This document shows, piece after piece, positions 55,346 to 63,971 of a stretch of 63,971 nt of DNA. Source of the DNA: Paraspadella gotoi. Taxonomy: Eukaryota > Animalia > Chaetognatha. A program made the position numbers and the translations under genes. Below the pieces are notes generated by a model that saw nothing but the letters and a program-made list of their open reading frames with translations, did no database searches and was not told the DNA's origin. The DNA is taken from the NCBI GenBank assembly GCA_051294375.1, contig CM119270.1, forward strand, positions 21,943,926 through 22,007,896. Reading direction: 5' to 3'. How positions within the stretch are numbered: position 1 is the first letter of the stretch; every line of letters begins with the position of its first letter.

Positions 55346-55677
55346 AAAGATCAACCAAAATCAGCTCCTCAAGATTTTCTATTACAGAAACAGTAATCTC
55401 CAAACTAATATTAGTTCTACTTAGTATTATGATTAATTACATAATTAAATATTTTATTTATTAATTCCGCCCTAACAAAATATTACAAAAAAATGAGCAA
55501 TAATGATATTTGAAGAAGAGTGCAGATGTTTTTATTCCTGGTGATTAATTTAAACAAATAGGGATAAAAATTTACTATAGAAAATCTAACTAAACGTCTA
55601 AAAATCTACCTTATTTTTATTTATTTATCTTTTTATGATAAAAGACAAATTAATATATGACGTTATAATTAAATAAA

Positions 55678-55710
<33 letters not shown>

Positions 55711-55714
55711 AAAG

Positions 55715-55868
55715 ATGAAATCAACAACATTTTGGTTCCACGTCTTTTGCTTTTATTTTTTCAATGGAATCTATGATGTCCTTCCTTCTGTCACTGATGC
55801 AGAAAGATTAAACTGCAACAATTGTCGACTGGATCGAAACGAATTGATGTGCAAATTGCAGACTATCG
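55715..55868 (+). CDS. Exon 1 of a secreted Cys-rich three-finger (Ly6/uPAR-like) protein: signal peptide + LxCxxC
   Basis: ATG 55715; MKSTTFWFHVFCFYFFNGIYDVLPSVTDAERLNCNNCRLDRNELMCKLQTI; donor G|gtgaga at 55869 (phase 1). Confidence 0.75.
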
Positions 55869-56003
55869 GTGAGAAGAAATTTCAAAATTCAACTCAAATG
55901 TTATTTAATTGTTTTAATTTATCTCACGTTGAGTAGATATATCCAAAGTTAATTGATTCATACTTGACATTTTAAATTTATCTAATTCTGAAAATGATCT
56001 TAG

Positions 56004-56095
56004 GGAAGAAAACGAGAGGTAAATGCGCCAATTTGGCAGAATGCATCGCAGATTGCAAAATTTCTGATGATTGCCAATGCTGTCCAAGTAAGAGG
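56004..56095 (+). CDS. Exon 2 of the three-finger-like gene (6-Cys insert)
   Basis: cttag|GG...AGG|gtgagt; (G)KKTRGKCANLAECIADCKISDDCQCCPSKR; phase 1 in, phase 0 out. Confidence 0.75.
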
Positions 56096-56439
56096 GTGAG
56101 TTAATTGTCATCATCCAGTTAATTGTCCTAATCGAGTTAAGTTAGTTAATTTAATTAATAAAGTTAAGTGAATATATCGAGTTAAATTAGTTAAATTAGT
56201 TAAATTAGTTAAACGACTGGCCCTCTTTTCCCAGAGCGCCTCACTTCTGTTGCTCTCTTTTCCCAGAGCCCCCCATTTCTGTTTCACTATTTTCCCAGAG
56301 CGCCCTATTTTTATTGCTTTATTCCAGAATTTAATTCTAACTTCAGTATTTAATTTTAATATATTTTTAAATTTCTTAACTAATCCCAAACCCTAATCAC
56401 TCACCTAATAAATGAGATATGTCATCTCCCAAATCCTCC

Positions 56440-57320
56440 GCCCCGCGGGGTAGCTGTAGGGGCGGCCTCAGGGGGCAGATTATTCTAGGGGGAGCAGCAA
56501 AATGGTTATTGAGGGGGCGCCCTTAATAGACCAGGGGGAACTCCCCTGGGGCGGCCCCCTGGGTCCAAAAAAAGTCTGCCCCTGGGGGTAACCCCTTAGG
56601 GAGCAAAAAAGTTCTCCCCCAGGGGCGAGTTAAGGAGAGAGCAAAGTTTAGATGACAAAATATACTTTCTGATTATGTTATTGTATCTGATAATATCTTT
56701 CCCTGTCTCTTACTCTCTCTTTCTCTCTCTCTCTCCCTGTATCTCTCTCTCTCTCTTTTTCTCTATCTCTCTTTTTCTATTTTTCTTTTTCTTTTTCTTT
56801 CTCTCTTTTTTTTTCTCTATCTCTTGAAAGTTTACCAAATTATGAAAGTTTACCAAATTCTAAAAATTGACCAAATTATATCAGTTGACCAAATTATGTC
56901 AGGTGACCAAATTATGTTATTTGACTAAATTATGCAAGTTGATCAAATTATACAAGTTGGTGTTGGCGCAGCTATTGGTTCATTGATTGATTAATTGAAG
57001 TGAAAGATATTATTTTTATTTTTATATTATATTTTAATAAAAGATGAAAAAAGAAAAGAGATAGAGAAAGAGAGAGAGAAAGGGAGAGAGAGAGAGAGAG
57101 AGAGGAGAAGGAGGGAGAGCTGTTCCAGGGGGCAGGCAAATTCATCCCCCTGAGGGTGGTCCCAAGGGGAAAGGTTTTTTTAGCCCCTGGGGGATTCCCC
57201 CTGGAGTGGCCCCTTGGGGCCCAAAAAAAAAGGCTACAGGGGGCCGCCCCCAGGCGGTAAGGATTTGCCTGCCCCTCAGGGCCGCCCCGCGGGGCCGCCC
57301 CTAGCACCGCCCTCGGGGGA
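56440..57320. mobile_element. GC-rich MITE-like element with imperfect long inverted ends, in intron 2 of the three-finger gene
   Basis: 56440-56635 (TAGGGGCGGCC..AGGGGGCAG) is roughly inverted relative to 57125-57320 (CTGCCCCTCAGGGCCGCCCC..GCCGCCCCTAG); AT-rich/microsatellite centre; no TSD identified. Confidence 0.45.
56826..56958. repeat. ~17-bp minisatellite
   Basis: AAGTTGACCAAATTATG-like, about 7 copies. Confidence 0.75.
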
Positions 57321-57379
57321 GGCGATTCTTAAAGATGACATACTTGTAATAAATAAGTTCCTTATATTTATTTTTGCAG

Positions 57380-57534
57380 GCAATTTTGAACAACGTCCAT
57401 TCCTGTCTTATTTTCTGGAAGGAAAGTTCGAAACACGTCTATACAATTAATTGTGCTCAAAAAACTCAGCCATCGCAATATTGTCAAGGGATTCCGCCTT
57501 TCTTCAGTGCTTGGTGCGGAGTGGACAATGAGAA
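57380..57534 (+). CDS. Exon 3 of the three-finger-like gene
   Basis: ttttgcag|GCA...GAG AA|gtaagt; AILNNVHSCLIFWKESSKHVYTINCAQKTQPSQYCQGIPPFFSAWCGVDNE; phase 0 in, phase 2 out, matching both neighbours. Confidence 0.75.
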
Positions 57535-57613
57535 GTAAGTGCTTGATACTGAGTGGACAATGGGAAGTAAGTGCTTGGTGTGGAGTTGACAATGAGAAGT
57601 AAGTGCTTGGTGG
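57506..57613. repeat. 32-bp tandem repeat spanning the exon 3 donor site
   Basis: AGTGCTTGGTGCGGAGTGGACAATGAGAAGTA, about 3.4 copies; GTAAGT at 57535, 57567 and 57599. Confidence 0.85.
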
Positions 57614-58242
57614 TTAGATAAAATATTTTTTGGTATCGGGGTAGAGGGATTGCTCACTAGAGTGATGTGAAAATGATAAAATTTTAGAAAATTAAAATTT
57701 AGCATATAAAATATGAAAATAAAAACCAATAAAAATACTTAGCTAAATGTATTTTTTAATTTTATACAAGTGAGCTTTATTTATATATAATAATAAGTAT
57801 ATAATAGGCTAAAATTTTAAAATACAAATTTTTAAATTTTAAGATCGGATTTGGATTTCTTACAAAAAGTTTATATAAGAAAGTATAATTCTTTTTAAAA
57901 AATTATTCATTAAGTTGGATAAGAATGTAAAAAACTATATTAAAAAAGCTGATTTATAATTTCTTGTTTAAAATTATAGTTTTTTTATAATTTTAACCTA
58001 ATTAATGACATAATTTTAAAAACTTTTTACATTATATAAAGGTAGTACTATATACAAAATAAGCTGACTGGTCTACTATATTTGTAAAAAAAAATAACTA
58101 AAGTTTAGTATTTACTAATAGGATAGTTTTCAAGATATATCTGCTATTGTGTATAGACTTTCGATTTCATTGAATTTCGAATTTAAGGAGGAAAACAATA
58201 TATTTGTTTTGCTTCAACAAATTTTTATGACATTTTTTTTCG

Positions 58243-58276
58243 GACATGTTTCGACTCTACAGTTAGAGTCTTCATC
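58243..58276 (-). ncRNA. Inverted, 5'-truncated hammerhead motif
   Basis: Minus strand GATGA-A-GACTCTA-ACTG-TAGAGTC-GAAACATGTC; perfect stem II but lacks the CU of CUGAUGA at the inversion junction. Confidence 0.55.
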
Positions 58277-58291
58277 TTCATCAACACAATG

Positions 58292-58335
58292 CTGATGAGG
58301 ACTTTAACTGTATACATGTAGAGTCGAAACATGTC
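58292..58335 (+). ncRNA. Minimal type I hammerhead ribozyme motif (PLE type)
   Basis: CTGATGA-G-GACTTTA-loop-TAGAGTC-GAAAC-ATGTC; stem II pairs 7 bp with one G-U; palindromic ACATGT; stem I weak. Confidence 0.72.
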
Positions 58336-59068
58336 CGAAAAAAAATGTTTTAAAAATTCGTTGAAGCAAAACAAATATATTGTTTTCCTCCCTAAAGATA
58401 TATCTGCAAAATTTTAATTCCAAACTTTCACTTCACCCTATTGTTCAATGTCTCTTTTTCTCCCTCTCTTACTCTTTGATAACATGTTTTATATTTTTTA
58501 TCTAACTTTTTATAAAATATCTGAATCTTGAATAAATATTTTCAAAATATTATTTTTAATTTTACTATCGCTATGAATATATTGTATTTTATAATACTGT
58601 TCGCCAAAAAATAATAGCACATGTGTGATCATTAACTGAAACATTTCCTAATTGTTTTACATCTGAAAAAAATAATATTTTCAAAATAATATAATTGTAT
58701 TGTGGATAATATTTTCCCGCAATTATAGCCTACATAAAACCAATTGAGAAATTTTCAGTTTATTCAATAAATAGATATTATACCTATTGACTTTAGACAT
58801 ACCAAGACCAAGACATACAAAGATCTTGCAAGCTTTCAATCAAAACTCTCACATATAAATGATTGAAAGCTTGCAGGGGCCTGCTATGTCATTATCTTGT
58901 AAGAGTGATGGAGGTTTTAAACTACCAGAGCCTGTTCAAAGTCTGGGACAAGATAGCTCATTTATTTAATGAATGGCTTATTATTATATTTTGTACCAAT
59001 TTAATTCTTGTTTATTAAAACATCTATCATTCATCTTTTTATTCATTCTTCCTTCTGTTTATCCCCAG

Positions 59069-59235
59069 CTCTGACCGACGCTGCCTCAACTCTTTCGATG
59101 CCTGCGCTGCCGCGTACAACGGCAGCGGCTGCTGCTGCCAGGCGGAAGATTGCAACAAAGATATCAAAACTTGCCAAGATCGAGTTCAACTAGAATTGAG
59201 GACAAATTCTGGCGGCGTTTTCCTTTCATCCACCA

Positions 59236-59266
<31 letters not shown>

Positions 59267-59297
59267 AGTCAGCATCAACTCTGGCGATTTAGTCTGA
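59069..59297 (+). CDS. Terminal exon of the three-finger-like gene: CCCxxxxCN box + GPI-type hydrophobic tail
   Basis: Polypyrimidine tract ...atccccag|C TCT; SDRRCLNSFDACAAAYNGSGCCCQAEDCNKDIKTCQDRVQLELRTNSGGVFLSSTIVVVVVVVVVAVSINSGDLV*; TGA 59295-59297; phase 2 in. Confidence 0.8.
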
Positions 59298-60289
59298 GAC
59301 AACAACGATATCTTTGTCAACTGAAAATCGTAATCACTTTCAATTTCAGGGTTAGGGTTAGGAAAAAGAGATGCCTCGCATCTATCTCTCTTTTACATAT
59401 TTTGCTCGATCACGAGGTCACGAATTTGACTGGTCGATTTTCAGTCCGTTCACTGTCGTTTCCTGGTATTTTTTTAGTCACGTTTTAGTCCCACATTGAA
59501 GCACGTCGCCCGTCCAAAATACAGTTTTACAGGACATATATGGACTTTTATTATTGCGAAAAAACACTTGGCGACCTTTTTTCTTTATAACTCGTATTGA
59601 GATTGACCTTAAGCAATTTCTACCATAATACTCCATCATCAAACTTCACGGTCGTGCAACGTCCTAAAGAAACTTCTTCACAGTGGGGACAAAATGATTT
59701 GTCAAAAATTGTAAGTATTATAAATATTCAAATGAATGGAGATATTACGCGGGCCATATCCTTGCAGTTTAAACTGTTCAAATTCGCGCAGTTTTCGGGA
59801 AAGAACTATAAGTTTCACCGCAACTACGCCCTGCGGGCGGTCTTCGCCGGGGATTTCATTCCCGGCAATCCCCGCACCAATTCATGACGGGGACGATGAT
59901 ATGGCCCACTCTCTCTCTCTCTTCCTTTCTTCTCTCTCTTTCACTTTCTCCTCTCTCTCTCTCTCTCTCGTCTCTTTCCTTCAATCTCCAAAGAATAAAA
60001 GATAGAAAAAAGAACAATAATTAATTTTAAAAAGGCAGGTTTCCCAGACAAAAGATAACATTAAAAACTTTGCGAGACTTTTTTTATTATATTTATATCA
60101 TATTTTGGGTCACTTTCACTGTTACCACTGAACATTTAGTAATAAACATTATATATTTGTCTGATATAGGCGGTCCCACTTATATTTAATCCATAATTAT
60201 TATATTTATTATAAAATTGGACTAGATAATATGCAAATGATACATTTTGTGTTGTTGGGCAGAAGTTATGTCATTAAGCTGACATACAT

Positions 60290-61495
60290 TTTTTGCATGC
60301 AATCGTAGGAATGGGAAGAGTTTAAAGTAGAAACCACACAAGACACATTTATTTTGAATTTTTCAAGATTTCCTCTCTCTATCTCTCTCTGATTGATTGA
60401 TTGATTTTGACTCACTTAATAAATCATTTTTTAAAAAAGGTTAATTTCCTTATATCAACTTTTAGTGAGGAATTCGAATCTGCTTTTAAAAATAAGAAAA
60501 AAACATTTTAAAATTTTGACATTTTCTATGGGCGTATGCAAAAATTAAAAAATAAAAATTACATTTTTTTTTATTTAAAAATGTTCACAGGTGTTCGTGA
60601 TCGTTCGTGATCTACTATTCGACAGAGAGAGAAAGATATATATGAAAATTGAAAAAAAGAGAAAGAGGTAGAAAGAGAGAGAGAGAGTGAGAGAGAAAGT
60701 AAGAGAGAGCTAAAAATAGAAAAAAAAGAAATAGAGAGAGATAGAGATAGAAAGAGAGAGAGAGAGAGAGAGAGAGATGAAAATAGAAAAAGAAAAAGAG
60801 AAAGGTAGACAGAGAGAGAGAGAGATAAAATAAAATAGAGGGTTTAAAAAATAAATGCAAATAAATTATTTTTTTTTAAATTAGGATCGTAATGACATTG
60901 CAGGAGAATTAATTAAAATATTTTTATAACAAGGACTCCCCATGATTAACAGATCTAGTGATTTGTGACGGGGATAGGGCTTCAAACGTTAATCCCCATC
61001 AAAAATATTGGCGGGGATTCCCCGTCATGGATAAGGCAGAGGGCTTCAAACAGTGATCCCCGTAAAAAATAGTGGCGGGGATTCCCCAAAACAGAGGAAA
61101 AAAAGACAGTTTTCGTGAACAGAAAGAGGGCGCAGTTCAAACTGTCCCCTTATAGGCAGTTCAAACTGCGCCTTATTGAACGGCGTCATACTTGAATGAA
61201 TGACACTATGATAAGTTAGTGTTCAATTCAGTCAATTCATTCACTCTCTCCACTGTCTCGCTCTCCATTTGACCATTAACTCTTCTATTCCAGAAGTCGA
61301 TAACAAGTCGCATCCCTAAATCACTCAACTCATGACCAAACCTAACTTAACCCTTTTTTACCCCTTCGATGTTAGGCCTAATAAATCAATGAAATGAGAG
61401 GAGGAGGAGGAGGAGGAGGAGGAAGAGTAAGAAGAGGAAGCTGTATTTAAAGGGAGAGAGAAGGGTGCGACTTTTCAAATCCCGTTGTGACTCGA

Positions 61496-61530
<35 letters not shown>

Positions 61531-61827
61531 NNNNNNNNNNNNNNNNNNNNNNNNNNNNNNNNNNNNNNNNNNNNNNNNNNNNNNNNNNNNNNNNNNNNNN
61601 NNNNNNNNNNNNNNNNNNNNNNNNNNNNNNNNNNNNNNNNNNNNNNNNNNNNNNNNNNNNNNNNNNNNNNNNNNNNNNNNNNNNNNNNNNNNNNNNNNNN
61701 NNNNNNNNNNNNNNNNNNNNNNNNNNNNNNNNNNNNNNNNNNNNNNNNNNNNNNTCGGTTGTGGAAAGACGACGCCGATGAATAATTCGAAGCTGGAGAG
61801 GGAGACAGATAGGGAGAAGGTAAGAGT

Positions 61828-61860
<33 letters not shown>

Positions 61861-62203
61861 CTCTCTCTCTCTCTTCCTCTCTCTCTTTCTCTCTCTCCCT
61901 CGCGCTTTTAATTCTCTGTCTCTCTAAACTCACTTCTCCCTCTCTATCTTTCATTACCTCACCTTTTTCTTCCTCTCTCTCTCTCTTTCTCTCTCTCCCT
62001 CGCTTTCCTTTATTTCTCTTTCTCTCTTAAACTCTCTCTCTCTCATCTTCCTCTCTCTCTCTCTCTCTCATCCACTTTACCTTCTCCCTATCTTCTCCCT
62101 CTTCCCAGCTTCGAATTATTCATCGGCGGTCGTCTTTCCACAACCGAATCTTCGGCTATAAAACATTAATCAGGGTCAAGGAGGTCCATGATTTCTTTTT
62201 TGG

Positions 62204-62249
<46 letters not shown>

Positions 62250-63480
62250 ATCGAGTCACAACGGGATTTGAAAAAGTTCGCACCTTCATCGTCTTCCCTT
62301 TTAAATACAGCTCCCTCTTCTTACTCTTCCTCTCACCTCCTCCTCCTCCTCCTCTCATTTCATTGATTTATTAGGTCCTAACATCGAAGGGTAAAAAAAG
62401 GGTTAAGTTAGGTTTGCGTCCATGAGTTGAGTGATTTAGGGATGCGACTTTGTTTATCGACTTTCTGGAATAGGAAGAGTTAATGGTCAATATGGAGAGC
62501 GAAACGTGGAGAGCAGTAAGAATTTGACTGAATGAATCACTACTAGTATCATAGTTGTCATTCATTTCAAGTATGACGCCGTTTCAAATAAGGCGCAGTT
62601 TGAACTGCCTATAAGGGGACAGTTTGAACTCGCCCTCTTTCTGTTCACGAAAACTCGTCTTTTTTCCTCTGTTTTTTGGGGAATTCCCCCCACTATTTTT
62701 AACGGGGATCACTGTTTTGAAGCCCTCTGCCTTATCCAATGACGGGAATCCCCGCAATATTTTTGATGGGGATTAACGTTTGAAGCCCTACCCCGGTCAC
62801 AAATCCACTAATCTGTTAATCATGGGGAGTTCCTTGTTTTATAAAAAAATTTTAATTAATTCTCCTGCAATGTCATTACGATCCTAATTTAAAAAAAAAT
62901 AAATTTATTTTGCATTTATTTTTTTAAACCGCTAATTTTATTTATCTCTCTCTCTTTCTTACCTATTCTCTTTTTCTTTTTCTTATTGTTCATCTCTCTC
63001 TCATCTCTCTCTCTCTCTTTCTATCGCTATCTCTCTCTATTTCTTTTTTTCTATTTTCTAGCTCTTCTCCTTACTTTCTCTCTCACTCTCTCTCTCTCTT
63101 TCTACCTCTTTCTTCTTTTTTTCAATTTCATATATATCTTTCTCTCTCGTATCTAGTAGATCACGAACGACAGAACACTTGAACATTTTTAAATAAAAAA
63201 AAATGAATTTTTATCTTTTAATTTTTCATACGCCATTAGAAATGTCAAATTTTAAAAAATGTTTTTTTTCTTATTTTTAAAAGCAGATTCGATTCCTCAC
63301 TAAAAGACTATATAAGGGAAATTACCCTTTTTTTAAAAATGATTATTAAGTGCATCAAAATCAATCAATCAAATCAAGAGAGATAGAGAGAGGAAATCTT
63401 GAAAAATTCAAATAAAATGTGTTCTTGCGATGGTTTCTACTTTTAAACTCTTTCCCATTCCTACGATTCCATCAAAAATT
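60290..63480. repeat. Inverted duplication (~1.2-kb arms) with nested hairpin 61755-62147
   Basis: 60290-61530 mirrors ~62205-63480; TCGGTTGTGGAAAGACG.. is mirrored at ~62100-62147; flanked by N gaps. Confidence 0.85.
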
Positions 63481-63697
63481 TAATCTCTTCTCTTTNNNNN
63501 NNNNNNNNNNNNNNNNNNNNAGAGAGAGAGAGAGAGAGAGAGAGAAAGAAAGAAAAGAGAAACAAAAAAAAGCTTGTGTTGGAAAAGTTTGAGATGAAAG
63601 CGGAAAATTGGAGTCTCACTCATCCATCAAACTTTTTCATATTCATTCATAAAGAAAACAAGCTAGATATTTTTTCAAAATGTTGCATCAATAACTT

Positions 63698-63850
63698 TAA
63701 CATTTCCTATAAGAACCTTTATAACTTGACAAGAATCAAGATTTACATATATTTAGTCATATTATAATGTCCTATAAGAACATTTATAACTTGACAAGAA
63801 TAAAGATTTACATCTATTTAGTCATATTAACATTTCCATAAGAATGTTAT
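63698..63850. repeat. ~63-bp tandem repeat
   Basis: CCTATAAGAAC..TTTATAACTTGACAAGAAT.AAGATTTACAT.TATTTAGTCATATT, about 2.3 copies. Confidence 0.75.
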
Positions 63851-63971
63851 AAAGAATATTATTTTTTAAATTATAAAAAAATTAATTATATTTTTATTTA
63901 ATTTTTTAATTCCCATGAGTTTTTTCAGAGCTCCTCTTAAAGCCCATTGAATTTGGAAAAGGTTTATACCA

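Larger units (their letters stand above)
58145..58394 (-). mobile_element. 250-bp PLE pLTR-tail insertion (inverted pair) with 13-bp TSD
   Basis: AAGATATATCTGC at 58132-58144 and 58395-58407; inverted arms ~58183-58276 / 58294-58394; shares TAGACTTTCGATTTC tail, AAAATTCGTTG and the hammerhead with the long PLE. Confidence 0.8.
57655..58445 (+). mobile_element. Internal fragment of the same host repeat, carrying the mini PLE insert
   Basis: Collinear with ~14297-14780 joined to ~17955-18092 (AGAGTGATGTGAAAATGAT... to AAACTTTCACTTCACCCTATTG). Confidence 0.7.

Noticed and set aside
57506-57613. CRISPR-like 32-bp repeats (also 34420-34512, 42062-42290, 24535-25135)
   Set aside because: Head-to-tail units without unique spacers, no cas genes, eukaryotic context.
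59346-59362. TTAGGG telomere-like repeats (also ~18708-18755)
   Set aside because: Only 2-3 degenerate units, internal.
198-63767. Most ORFs in the supplied track (poly-LS, RE, FFL, EEE, VVV)
   Set aside because: Translations of (CT/AG)n and purine/pyrimidine tracts that lack stop codons; no domains.

Overview
AT-rich, (AG/CT)n-saturated eukaryotic (animal-like) draft-genome window. Almost every ORF in the supplied track is a microsatellite artefact. Real content, read by hand: (1) two minus-strand exons (2532-2662, 709-877) splice into one 8-Cys SUEL/Gal_Lectin-like domain. (2) A complete 4-exon plus-strand gene (55715-59297) encodes a ~209-aa secreted, probably GPI-anchored protein with 20 mature Cys and three-finger (Ly6/uPAR-like) hallmarks. 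(3) A 5'-truncated, frameshifted Penelope-like retroelement (PLE; RT + GIY-YIG, hammerhead-bearing 3' end, inverted 5' pLTR piece, 13-bp TSD) lies at 9035-12195, mirrored at 14781-17941. (4) A 250-bp PLE-derived double-hammerhead hairpin insert with its own 13-bp TSD lies in intron 3 of the three-finger gene. Both PLE insertions sit ~95 bp apart in copies of one Helentron/DINE-1-like non-autonomous host repeat, and each copy shows the other's empty site. Also present: a tRNA-derived SINE-like element, a candidate LTR+PBS, a GC-rich MITE and many minisatellites. The large inverted and tandem duplications sit at N gaps (five gaps are exactly 25 N), have indel-rich arms, and are most likely long-read gap-filling or fold-back artefacts. 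No database search could be run, so family calls rest on motif recognition.
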